Assembly: GCF_964213995.1 (NCBI RefSeq)
Contig: NW_027590427.1
Span: 62,001 to 126,000, forward strand
Length of the DNA: 64,000 nucleotides
Source: Mustelus asterias
Taxonomy: Eukaryota
Direction: 5' to 3'
Part shown: positions 11,768 through 23,343 of the stretch, one piece after another
Numbering within the stretch: position 1 is the stretch's first letter
Layout: each line of letters starts with the position of its first letter
Position numbers and translations under genes: made by a program
Notes under the pieces: generated by a model
The model's input: the letters and a program-made list of their open reading frames with translations, nothing else
Told to the model about the DNA's origin: nothing
The model's database searches: none

Positions 11768-12635
11768 ATGGAAGCAAAAAGCACCGTTCACGCCAGGGAG
11801 AAACCATGGGAATGTGTGGACTGTGGGAAGGGATTCAGATCCCCATCTGAGCTGGAAATTCATCAACGCAGACACACCGGCGAGAGGCCGTTCATTTGTT
11901 CCGTATGTGGGAAGAGATTCGCTCAGTTCATCTGCCTTCAGCTGCATGAGCGACTCCACACCGGGGAGAGGCCGTTCACCTGCTCGGTGTGTGGAAACGG
12001 ATTCACTCGCTCATCCCACCTGCTGAAACACCAGCAAGTTCACACTGACAAGAGAGAGTTTCAATGCTCCAGTTGTGAGAAGAGCTTTAAAAGCCCACAC
12101 AGACTGAGGGAGCACCAGCGCATTCACACCGAGTACACACTGTTCAGCTGCTTAGTGTGGGAAGAGTTTCAGGACAGCAACCCACCTTCAGACACACCAA
12201 CGGGTTCACACTGACAAGAGACCTTTTAAATGTCCAGAGTGTGGGAAGTGCTTTAAAAGCTCTGGTGAACTGATGTCCCATCAGCGAGTTCACACTGAGG
12301 AGAGACCGTTCAAGTGCTTTCACTGTGGGACTGGGTTCAGGCGATCATCTCATCTCACTGTACACCAGCGAGTTCACACTGGGGAGAAGCCATTCATCTG
12401 CTCTGAGTGTGGGAAGGGATTCAGTCAGTCCTCCAACCTGCTGACTCACCAACAAATTCACACTGAGGTGAGGCCGTTCACCTGCTCCGAGTGTGGAAAG
12501 GGATTTGCACGATCATCCCACCTGCTGACACACCAGCGCATTCACACTGGGGAGAGGCCGTTCACCTGCTCCGAGTGTGGGAAGAGATTTACCGAATCAT
12601 CCAATCTGGTGAAACACCAGCGAGTTCACAGATGA
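11768..12635 (+). pseudogene. 10-finger C2H2 ZNF gene with a frameshift in finger 5 (~12150); truncated 4-finger product or pseudogene
   Basis: ORFs 11669-12214 and 12273-12635 join through tgcttagtgtggg, 2 nt short of tgc-nnn-nnn-tgt-ggg. Acceptor ttttacag at 11663; start MEAKSTVH. Confidence 0.8.
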
Positions 12636-12754
12636 CGGCTTTGCTCTGATTCTGCTGTTGTTCATCAGATTCAGGACTGAACCTTATTCATCATGACATT
12701 GGGGAAGTGTTGATGATGTTGCTGCAAAGTACAGTAACTGGGCTGGAGTCGACA

Positions 12755-13232
12755 GAATTTGCATTCATGTAGCACCTTTCACAACCTCAGGACATCTCTG
12801 TGCGCAGTCAGCCTCCACAAGCAACAATGTGGTTCGGGGCAGTGACCTGTTTTCAGTGAGATTGGGTGAGGGGTAATATTGGTCTCAGCAGGGTAAACCA
12901 CATCAACAATGTGATAATGAGCAGTGTTCTGTTTTTAGGGAGATTGGGTGAGGGGTAATATTGGTCTCAGCAGGGTAAACCACATCAACAATGTGATAAT
13001 GAGCAGTGTTCTGTTTTTAGGGAGATTGGGTGAGGGGTAATATTGGTCTCAGCGGGGTAAACCACATCAACAATGTGATAATGAGCAGTGTTCTGTTTTT
13101 AGGGAGATTGGGTGAGGGGTAATATTGGTCTCAGCAGGGCGAGCTCCCTCCTCTCCTTCCAAATAGAAGCTGTGTGATCTTTCACCTCTGCCTGAGAGAG
13201 CAGACGGGACCCTCGGGTTAACATCCTCATAT
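12755..13232 (-). mobile_element. Deu-domain SINE (SacSINE1/AmnSINE-like)
   Basis: ccaaatagaagctgtgtgatctttcacctctgcctgagagagcagacgggaccctcgggttaacatcctcat resembles the reverse Deu domain as recalled; needs a Dfam check. Confidence 0.55.
12818..13138. repeat. 82-bp tandem repeat, ~3.9 copies
   Basis: catcaacaatgtgataatgagcag recurs at 12901, 12983 and 13065. Confidence 0.92.
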
Positions 13233-13987
13233 TAGTGAAGTGAAGAACCTTCATTCTGAGACAGTTGAAGAATCAGCACTTAATAGTTGTACTTGTCAGA
13301 CTGGTAATATAACCTGTAACACAAAGTCTGTAATGTTTTATTATAATAAATAATATGATTTTAAGTACACTGCTCATAAATCATGAGAACTGTCAAATTA
13401 TGTTTTCCAGCCAATCTAGAAAGATAAGGTAGAGCTCACAAAACATTTATGGCTTTGACAAGTTACGTTAAGTTGGGAATGAATGGGACCTTACTCAGGA
13501 TGTCTCATTTATTCAGTAGACCTTTGTACTCAGACATCAGGAGATGCCAGTAGGTGTCAGGGGCCAATCAGACAATTAAGTTAATCAATTATCGTTCAAT
13601 ACTGTGGCTAATTTGAGTTAAGCAAATGTGAGTTGAAGGGATAAAAATAAAGGTTTTGAGTCGCCATTCTGTTAACATGTTATCCACCATGTCTGATGAT
13701 CATTTCACGTCTTTGGCCTGATCAACCGAGGAAAGTTGTGAGAAGTCTGTTTCATTGTTAAAGATGAGCTTTCTCCTCCTCCTGTCAATCACTGTTGATT
13801 CAAACTTTGCTTTTTATCTTTCTAACTTGTTACCTTTCGACCTTTTAATGGTTAATAAATCTTCTGAATTTACCAATTAGAATTTTCATTCTGGCCAGAT
13901 AGTTAAATCTTGTAGATTTAATTTAAAATTGGGGATTTATTGCAAACAACTTCTACCTGATAAATCAACTCCAAAGTGCAAATGCTG

Positions 13988-14086
13988 CCTGGATTTGGTG
14001 TCTTGGTGTAAGTGGTCCCTGGATTGGTGTCTTGGTGTAAGTGGTCCCTGGATTTGGTGTCTTGGTGTAAGTGGTCCCTGGATTTG
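13988..14086. repeat. 30-bp tandem repeat, ~3.3 copies (cctggatttggtgtcttggtgtaagtggtc)
   Basis: Read directly from the sequence. Confidence 0.9.
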
Positions 14087-16237
14087 TTTTCTCAGTCCAT
14101 GTGGGCCCCGCACTGCTTTCAACCCAACTGTCTGTCTCAGATCTTTCATTGATTTCAATTGAATGGAAACTGGGAGTTGGGACCTGTCAACATTTGAAAT
14201 ATATTTACAAATGTTTGGAGGGTTTCTTACAGTTGGGACCTTTCTCTGTTCTGTCCACTCAAGATGTTGGGTAACAGACTTTCTCCTGTGAATATCCAGC
14301 TGTAGTTTTGGGCCCTGATGTGTTTCCTTGTTCATCTTGTTGACTCTAAATATTGAATCTTGTGGTTTCATACATCAGATAATCAAACTCCCAACACCAG
14401 ATTGTCTTTAACTGACTTTATTACAGCACTGCAATAATAGATGGAGTATAGTTACTTGTTCTGCAGAACAGAGATAATATCCTCGATTCAGAGCTCTCTA
14501 TCCTGAGCAAGCTATTCAGTTGTGTCAAATTGCTACAGAAGAGTCAATGATAAAACCAGACTGACCCCCCCCCGCATTGACCTAGGTTCCAGAAATGATA
14601 AACGCACACTGTTCCCAGGTTAATCCTGCGAAGAATTCCCGGCGAACAGCTGGGGGCTTGTGCCAAAGTTGGCAGAGATTTTCTGAAAGACGTGGGTTCA
14701 CCTCAACTTAAATGTAAGACTTAAAGTCAATTACAATTGTTGGGTTTAGTTGGGAGAGCTGATCTAAAAGGGACTTTCATTTACAACTAGCTACAGGACC
14801 ATACTGGGTGCAAATATTGTTCCAAGCTTTACAGAATTTACTAAGTTAATCACAGAAGTACAAAATGCAAAACTTAACAAAGGCAGTGGAAGCAGTCAGT
14901 TCACTTTGTAACGCTGGCTCACAACTTCCAGCCGACTGAGGTGCTGTTTCTTGTTCTGTTGACGTCGTCTATCTTCTTCCTGCTCAGCTTCTCTGAGCTG
15001 TGAACTGGGCAGCTGAAAGCTGATGGTTATTAACCCTTTCTAGACACAGCTCCTGTACACGATCAATGGTGTTCCTGAACTCTGGTTCACCATGATCAGT
15101 CCCTGATTGATTTAGGTGGTGTGTAATCAGTTTCTGATTGGTTTCTTAATGGTGATGGTCATCTACTGACCATTTCCTGCAACCTCCTGACTGGCCCTCT
15201 AATGTGTCAGTTACTTTCAGAGTTTGCCCCACGTGCCTTTTCTGTGATTTCATTAAATTTTATGGCTTTGTACTGAGATAATGGAGGCCTAAAGACATCT
15301 TCTTTGTCACTTAATTGAGAAAAGCAAGTTCATGGTGTCAAATCCTAATGGTTAACATTTGGGTTCATTGTCTCAAATGTCTCATTGATGTGTAGAAATC
15401 CTGTAGAGTTCTCATTGGGGCAAGTGACTATCAGTATATTTTGGTTAAAGAAAGTGCTTGCTGGTTTTTGTAGTGGTTGCCAGAGCTTGGAACACAGTTA
15501 ATTAAAAGGACACAAAGTGACACACAGCCTTAAACTAATACATAAATTACAAAGTTACTTCAGATCTGAAATCCAAAGAAAGTGGCATCAAATCAGTGTG
15601 TAAAAGGTGAGATAGCAGGAAACACAAATACAGTATGATACATTCAATTGATAAATGTTCAAAACTAATGAGTCAGAATAACTACTGCACTATGAAAATT
15701 AAACTGAAACCTTTAATTTTTCAAACCAATGATAGTTATATAGTGTGAAGGAAAGTGATTGCTTCTTTTAAGATATTAAAAGTTAAAAGATTAAACTAAT
15801 TTATGACACAATGCTGAAGGTTTGAAACTTCACAGCTGGTTTCTTCACACAATATGGCCTCTAATTCAAGTATAACTGTTGTTGTCAATGCTGAGGAGTT
15901 AACAGTTCCAGACCTCAGCTCATCCAGATTTGATGGGATCCACAGGACTCTGTAATTAAAGTATAAAAGTGTAGCTTTACACCGACCTCGGGTCATGTGA
16001 TGTATTTCACTTGTCAAATAAGGATGCAGCGACAGACAAAGCCAGTTACATGATACTAATATACTATAATTAAGCAGAATATCGTATCAGGTTAATTGAT
16101 TAATAACCTTCAATTACTTGATCATTACACATAACTAAGCTACAAACTATTAAACATGACTATTCCTACAGTCAAACAGTTCAGTCAAGCAACAGGCTGA
16201 GTCATACTTTGAATCATATCTTACTGCCAATGTCTCA

Positions 16238-17375
16238 CAGGAACAAGGAGCAGGATTCGGCTATTTGGCCCCTTGAGTCTGCTCCACCATTTAATCAGAT
16301 CGGGGCTGATCTGATAGTAACCTTAAATCTGCATCCTGCCTGGCCCCAATAATCTATCACCCACTTGCTTGCCAAGAATCTATCTACATCTGCCTTAAAA
16401 ATATTCAAAGATTCTGCTCCCACCGCCTTTTCAGAAGAGGTTCACGACCCTCTGAAAGAAAATATTTCACCTCATCTCTGTTTTAAATGTGCGAACCCTT
16501 ATTTTTAAACAGGGACCCCGAGCTCTAGATTCTCACAGAAGAGGAAACATCCTCTCCACATCAACCTGTCAAGACCCTTCAGGATCTTCCATGTTTCGAT
16601 CAAATTTATCTTACTCTTCTAAACTCCAGCAGACACAAACCTAGCCTGTCCAAGCTTTACCCATAATCCACACATTTCTGGCATTAGTCTGGTCAATCGA
16701 CTGCTTCCAATGTATTTACCTCCTTGCTTAAACAAGATGACCAATACTGTACACCGTACTCCAGATGTGGTCTCACTGGTGCTCTGGATAACTGAAGCAT
16801 AACCTCCATATTTATGTAATCAATTCCTCTCACAAATGATAGCTTTCCTAATTACTTGCTTTACCTGCTTACCAGCTTTTTGTGATTCATGCAAAGAACA
16901 AAGAACAGCACAGGAACAGGCCCTTCGGCCAACGCTGATCACATTGTCCTATCGAGACCAACCGCTTATATCCCTCTATTCCCCGTCTGTTCATGTGTTT
17001 ATCAAGATAAATCTTAAATGTCGCTAAGGTATCTGCCTCAACCACCTCACTTGGCAGTGCATTCCAGGCCCCCACCACCCTCTGTGTAAAAAAACCTTCC
17101 CCTGCACATCTCCACTGAACCTTTCTCCCTTGTCTTGAACTTCTGTCCCCTTGTAATTGTCATTTCTGCCCTGGGAAAAAGCTCCCAACTGTTCACCCTA
17201 TCCACACCCCTCATAATTTTATAAACGTCTATCAGGTCGCGCCTCAGCCTCTGTCTTTCCAGGGAGAACAATCCCAGTTTATTCAATCTCCAGAACACTC
17301 AGATCCCTCTGCATCTCAGAGCTCGACAATCTCTCACCATTTAGATAATCTGCTTCCCTTTTATTCTTCCTGCCA
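16238..17375 (-). mobile_element. Old CR1 fragment with a younger CR1 3' end (~16891-17292) nested in it
   Basis: LFSLERQRLRRDLIDVYKIMRG and AWNALPSEVVEADTLATFK on the minus strand; older CR1 sequence on both sides. Confidence 0.8.
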
Positions 17376-17473
17376 GAATATCCTGTCCTACCAGCAGTTC
17401 AGACCTGAGTAGAGGGAGCAGCACAGAGGTGGACAGTGCAAGTGAGTCATCCTGGGAGTCCTCAACTTGAAAT

Positions 17474-17832
17474 TCTTTTTTATTCATTCGTGGGAAATGG
17501 GCATTGCTGGATGGCCAGCATTTATGGCCCAGTCCTTGTTGCCCTTGAACTGAGTGACTTGCGAGGCCATTTCAGAGGGAGTCACATGTAGGCCAGACCG
17601 GGTAAGGAGAGCAGATTTCCTTCCCTGAAGGGCATTAGTGAACCAGATGGGTTTTTTACGATAATCAACAATGGTTTCATGGTCATCAATAAATTCTTAA
17701 TTCCAGATTTTTTTCATTGAATTCAAATTCCACCAACTGATGTGGCAGGATTCGAAACCCGGTCCCCAAATCATTAGCTGAGTTTCTGGATTAATAGTTC
17801 AGCAATAATACCACCAAGTCATCACCTCCCCT
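17474..17832 (-). mobile_element. tRNA-derived SINE family 2
   Basis: Reverse complement of the 6039-6430 family with an A-rich tail. Confidence 0.8.
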
Positions 17833-18475
17833 AGTTCAAGATGGAGTGTAGGAGAACAAGTCAGGAGCAGCACTGGGCACCCTAAAACTGAGATTCCAAT
17901 CTGGTGACTCTATAACACGGGACTATAAGCATGCTAAACAGCAGAGGCAGCATGTCCCAGGCAGGACCAAGCGATCCCACAAACAACGGATCAGATCAGA
18001 GCTGCAGTCCCCCCACATCCAGTCGTGAATGGTGGAGGACAATTAAACAAATCACAGAGAGAGAAAGCTCCACAAACATCACCATCCTGAATGACTGGGG
18101 AAAGAAGTGGATCAGTGAAAACAACTGTGATTTGTGTTTGGTGATCGCGGATGTGTTACTGATGCCTTCCATAGATTCCAAGGCCAGGAAAGACACTCTG
18201 GAGGGTATGGGGAGCTGGGACTTGTCCAGGAGAGTAACAAGGTATGAAAACTGAAATAATCTAGAACTAGAAAGGAGAAAAGGTCACAAAAATGCAGCAA
18301 TTGGTAACAAGACATTGATTAATCTTTTCTTGTCCTGAAGAAATGAAGGTCTCAGCTTTGTGTCTTAAACAATATTAGTTAATTTGACATTTATCCAGAG
18401 TAATAAACTCCAGCCCAGTTATAGCGATCACTAACATCAGCGAAAACACACCCCAACTGTCAGAATGAACATGGT

Positions 18476-19537
18476 TCAGTCCTGGATGTGATTAACAGCA
18501 GCAATAACAGCAGAATCCAATTCCTCCAGACACTTGCCAATTTGCTGGTGTGTTAGAAGATGGGTTGACTGAGTGAATCCCATCTCACACTCAGAGAAGG
18601 TGAACGGTCTCTCTCCATTGTGAGTGTGTTGGTGTCTCAGCAGGTGGGATGAGTGAGAAAATCCCATTCTGCACTCAGAGCAAGTGAACGGTTTCTCCCC
18701 GGTGTGAATGTGCTGGTGTGTTCGCAGGTTGGATGAGCGAGTGAATCCCTTTCCACAGTCAGAGCAGGTGAACGGTCTCTCCCCAGTGTGAACTTGTTGG
18801 TGTCTCAGCAGAACACTTGAGGTCTTAAAGCTCTTCTCACATTCAGAACATCTGAAAGGTTTCTTATCCGAGTGAACAAGTTGGTGTGATCTGAGGCTGG
18901 TTAAATAAATGAATCCTTTTCCACACAAGGAGCAGGTGAACGACCTCTCCCCAGTGTGAACTCGCTGGTGTTTCTGGAGGCTGGATAACAGAGTGAATCC
19001 CTTCCCACACACTGTACATCTGAATGGTCTCTCCTCATTGTGAACTCGCTGGTGTATCAGCAGATCACTTGTGGTTTTATAACTCTTCTCACATTCGGAA
19101 CATTTGAAAGGTCTGTTATCAGTGTGAACCAGTCGGTGTGTAGCGAGGTGGGATGATCGTGTGAATCCCTTCCCACACACAGAGCAGGTGAACGGCCTTT
19201 CCCCAGTATGAGTGCGTTTGTGTTCAATGAGATTCTGTGATCGCTTAAATAACTTCCCACAGTAAGAGCAGCAGAACTGTTTCTCGGTGTGAATAGATTG
19301 GTGCGTGACCAGGTCCTCAGGGCTTTTAGAGCTGTGATCACCGTCAGCATGGTTAAAAAGCCTCTCTTCAATGTGAACTTGCTGGTGGGTCAGCAGGTGG
19401 GATGACTGAATGAATCCCTTCCCACACATGGAGCAGGTGAATGGTCTCTCCCCAGTGTGACTGCGCCGATGCATTTCCAGCAGAGATGGGTAACTGAATC
19501 CCTTCCCACAGTCCCCACATTTCCATGGTTTCTCCAT
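18476..19537 (-). CDS. KRAB-less poly-C2H2 ZNF protein, 10 canonical plus 2 degenerate fingers, C-terminal tail LDSAVIAAVNHIQD
   Basis: Intact 353-aa ORF; start caccATGG (MEKPWKC). Confidence 0.88.
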   Translation of the reverse strand: MEKPWKCGDCGKGFSYPSLLEMHRRSHTGERPFTCSMCGKGFIQSSHLLTHQQVHIEERLFNHADGDHSSKSPEDLVTHQSIHTEKQFCCSYCGKLFKRSQNLIEHKRTHTGERPFTCSVCGKGFTRSSHLATHRLVHTDNRPFKCSECEKSYKTTSDLLIHQRVHNEERPFRCTVCGKGFTLLSSLQKHQRVHTGERSFTCSLCGKGFIYLTSLRSHQLVHSDKKPFRCSECEKSFKTSSVLLRHQQVHTGERPFTCSDCGKGFTRSSNLRTHQHIHTGEKPFTCSECRMGFSHSSHLLRHQHTHNGERPFTFSECEMGFTQSTHLLTHQQIGKCLEELDSAVIAAVNHIQD

Positions 19538-19584
19538 GGTGCCGGTGTTCTTGTCTGTTCAAGCCTTGTCCACACACAACATGT

Positions 19585-19732
19585 GTATTGCTTCTAAGTA
19601 AGGCTATTAAGGGTTATGGGACAAGGCAGAAAATTGGATTGTCATATCAGATCAGTCGTGATCTCATTGAATGGAGGAGCAGACTCGATGAGTCCAATGG
19701 CCTAATTCTGATCCTAATTCTTATGATCTTAT
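19585..19732 (+). mobile_element. CR1 3' fragment inserted antisense in the presumed 5' UTR of the 18476-19537 gene
   Basis: attaagggttatggg...gatctcattgaatgg...ttcttatgatcttat tail. Confidence 0.75.
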
Positions 19733-21000
19733 TGTTCTCTGCTGTGAATGGTGTGATGTTTCTTTCAGGCCGTGGAACTGGTTAAAGCTCTTTCCAGTCA
19801 GTTCACTCTCACTCAGGTGTGTGTCTCGGTGCTTTTCCAGTCACACTGATGTTTGAAATTGTTCCCCACCGCCAGAACAGACAAACATTTCTCCTTCCAC
19901 ATTTAAAGGTCGATGGTATTCAGGTTCTGATGAATTGAGTGACTCTGTCAGATCTTGATGTGATGTTTGGTTTCAGTTTCCCATCTGCAATTCATCGCCC
20001 TTGTGGACCTTGTAAAAGACATTGACAGAGTCGGTATCACTGTCAGTACAGGACAGAAATTCACAACAAACAATTCTAGTTTCCACGGAATATTATTTCA
20101 AATCTTGTTTCCCCAATCTTGTGAACCAATCGAACTTCCATCTGAACTAAACCAGAACTTTGTTTCCAGTGTTTGTGAGACACTCTGTACCCTGAGTTGT
20201 GGAAGATATCGAGTGTTTCAGTCGACACTGTCTGCTCCCTCTCCAGGACCACACGAGCACGGACAAGAAAGTTAACGTTTATTTTTATTAGTCACAAGTA
20301 AGGCTGACAGTAACACTGTAATGAAGTTACTGTGAAACCACAGAAGAACCACAGCCAAGTTACCCTCTGCTGAACTACAAATTACTGTTTTAACCAGCCC
20401 CAAGAGCAGGTCCAGGAAAAGATCCTCTGACCTCCCCAGTCTCCTCCACACTGGGCAGCCAACGAACAGGAGCGTGGGGCAGAGCAGAAGTGTAACTAAA
20501 AGTGGAGAAGCAGCTCCTTCAGGGGTTGCAATCTCTCACACTGAATATGTACATGGCTCATGGATTTCTCGAGGCTGCAAATTAATTTAAAGAGGAGAAA
20601 AAACAGTGATAAACACAAAGGCAGGTTGTGAAATTGAGCTGAATGAATCCGGTACTTTCTGGAGCCGGCACAAGGAAGAAGTGACTCCGGAAGCTGCTGG
20701 ATTGTGATTAAAAACCCAAATGGTTTGTTAATGTCCTTCAATGCAGGAAACCTGCCACCCATCCAGATCTACACAAGAATTCAGCCTCAATGGGAGGAGA
20801 AAGATAAAGATGAAACAAGGAGGGAATGAACGGCAAGGACTTTATACATCTACAACTGGACAAGAACTTTGACAGAACCTGCCAAACTACAACCTTCACC
20901 AACTCAAAGGATGCAGGAAAACTATCACCTCCAAATGTCGTTTTCAATCTCAAATCTCAAAACAACTTGTAATCCTGAGGTAACCTGTATCCTCCTGCAT

Positions 21001-21205
21001 TTAAGGGGCAATTTAGCATGGCCAGTCCACCTAACCTGTACACCTTTGGGGTGTGGGAGGAAACCGGAGCACCTGAAGGAAACTCATGCAGTCACAGAGA
21101 GAACATGCAAACTCCACACAGACAGTCACCCAAAGCTGGAATCGAACCCGGGTCCCTGGTGCTGTGAGACAACAGTGCTGACCGCTGTGCCACCCTGTGC
21201 CACTG
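21001..21205 (-). mobile_element. HE1-like V-SINE 5' half (mirror ~59452-59650)
   Basis: tRNA head and V-domain. Confidence 0.8.
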
Positions 21206-22037
21206 TACTGTGTGCTCGGAAATAAGTTTTAGGATTTTGGCCGAGTGATTGTGAAGGCAGACCAGTATACTACCAAGTCAGAATAGTGCGTGATTCTGAA
21301 GAGTAAATGCAGGTTATGGGGTCTCCATGCACAAACTGCCCTTATCCATGTTGGAGAAGAGGTTTGTAGTTTTGGAAGGTGCTGTCAAAGGAGGTTTAGC
21401 CAATTGCTGGTAATTCTAGTCATGTCCATGTTCCAGTTGTGAACTCGCTGGTGCCTCAGCAGTGTGGATGAACGACTGAATCCCTTCCCACACACTGAAA
21501 AATTTGAAATTTTTCTAAATGTAAATTTAATGAAAATCCCTGACAGAACTACTTTTTCCTTACTTGAAACACAGCTTTAAATGGTCCATTTGTTTCTCGA
21601 GTCGGTTCCATGAGCAACACCTTCAACTAAACAAAATCAAAACACTGCAGCTGCTGGAAATCTGAAATGAAAAGAGAAAACGTTGTAAATACTCATCAGG
21701 TTAGACAGCATCAATGGAGACAGAAACAGAGTTAATGTTTGCAGTCACTGACGCTCCTCTAATAAAACACATACCAATAGCTGCTGTTTAACAGGGCCGT
21801 GGATCCTACAATCCCATGTGCCCCAGAAACCGCTCTATCCATCACACACATTTCCCATTATGACACTTCTGTGTCAAGAGGATGCGCTGTTTAAAAGTTG
21901 TCAAGTTCCATTTTTGCGTGTTCATGTTAATTAAAGATACAGTTCGACTTCCCCCTCATTATGTATCAATTTCAGATACTTCGGTTGAGAATTTCCATTC
22001 CCCTACTTTCTGTTGGATAATGAATGCCTTGAGTACT

Positions 22038-22363
22038 TAGAAATCATAGAAACCCTACAGTGCAGAAAGAGGCCATTTGGCCCATCGAGTCTGCTCCGAC
22101 CACAATCCCACCCAGGCCCTACCCCCATATCCCTACATATTTTACCCGCTAATCCCTCTAACCTACGCATCTCAGGACACTAAGGGGCAATTTTTAGAAT
22201 GGCCAATCATCCTAACCTGCACATCTTTGGACTGTGGGAAGAAACCCACGCAGACACGAGGAGAATGTGCAAACTCCACACAGACAGTGACCCGATCCGG
22301 GATTCGAACCCAGGTCCTTGGAGCTGTGAAGCAGCAGTGCTAATGACTGTGCTACCGTGCCGC
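22038..22363 (-). mobile_element. Full-length HE1-like SINE (mirror 58352-58677)
   Basis: gcggcacggtagcacag head, V-domain and ggtttctatgatttcta tail shared with HER1/CR1 LINEs. Confidence 0.9.
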
Positions 22364-22429
22364 ATAGATTACAGTATAATTTGATTCCTAATGTTATTGA
22401 CTGCACCCGTATCCCTAATTTTCACATCG

Positions 22430-22920
22430 CAGCAGAAAAAGCTCACCGTTCCTAAATGAGGAGTTTCGATGGCGTGCGCTTTACCCAACATTCCTCGCGG
22501 TGGGGAATGTTCCCTATCCACAGCACGGGAGAGAGGTGCACATGCGCAGTCAGGACGTGTTTGGCGCATGTGCAGCGTGGATGATGGCAATGGGGAGAGA
22601 CATTCCTCTGTCTCATCAGCAACCGGTAAGGATGCGTAGACATGGAGGGAGGATTGGAACCGGCAGATGGACGGAGAGGGTTTCTAAATATCTGGTGAAG
22701 GTCTCAAACCTCTAATAGTAATCCGCAAGTCCCGTGTTTGTAGCTTCAGGTCTTTATCCCGAGACGAGGCTCAGGTTAACAGCCGCCATCTTGATTCAGC
22801 AGGGAGCAGAGCGCATGCGCTGGTGTCTTGGTGACGCAACAGTGAGTGGGCGGGGCTTCAGCGTTTTCCGCTCCCAACCGGGTCCTAGTGACCGGAAAGC
22901 ATCGCAAACTGAGCAACAGG
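22430..22920. promoter_or_regulatory. CpG-island bidirectional promoter between the 18476 (-) and 24022 (+) ZNF genes
   Basis: NRF1-like gtgcacatgcgca, ggcgcatgtgca and gcgcatgcgc; YY1 gccgccatcttg; donors aacg|gtgagc (-, ~22446) and ccg|gtaagg (+, 22626). Confidence 0.75.
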
Positions 22921-23028
22921 TTTGAAACACCCACTCCCAGGGAAAAATGGAGTATGAAAGTAAGCTCGCAGGAACATAAAAACTGACTGTAAAAATTTCT
23001 ATAGATATATAAAGAGAAAATAAAGAGA

Positions 23029-23343
23029 AGCACTGCTGCTTCACAGCTCCAGGGTCCCGGGTTCGATTCCCGGCTCGGGTCACTGTCTGTGTGGAGTTTG
23101 CATATTCTCCTCGTGTCTGCGTGGGTTTCTTCCGGGTGCTCCGGTTTCCTCCCACAGTCCAAAGATGTGCGGGTTAGGTTGATTGGCCAGGTTGAAAATT
23201 GCCCCTTAGAGTCCTGAGATGCGTAGGTTAGAGGGATTAGCGGGTGAATATGTGGGGGTAGGGCCTGGGTGGGATTGTGGTCGGTGCAGACTCGATGGGC
23301 CGAATGGCCTCCTTCCGCACTGTAGGGTTTCTATGATTTCTAT
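23029..23343 (+). mobile_element. Young HE1 SINE present only in the left arm; target-site duplication gaaaat
   Basis: Right arm has the empty site (...aaagagaaaatgattgac, ~57690); gaaaat at 23016-23021 and 23344-23349. Confidence 0.9.

Noticed and set aside
13300-16230. AT-rich region with LTR-like texture
   Set aside because: No paired termini, TSD, PBS or coding motifs could be identified by eye, so it is not annotated.
22038-23343. tRNA genes
   Set aside because: The A/B-box heads continue into a V-domain and LINE-like tail, so they are SINEs. ORFs such as MDCGRKPEHPEETH are spurious for the same reason.
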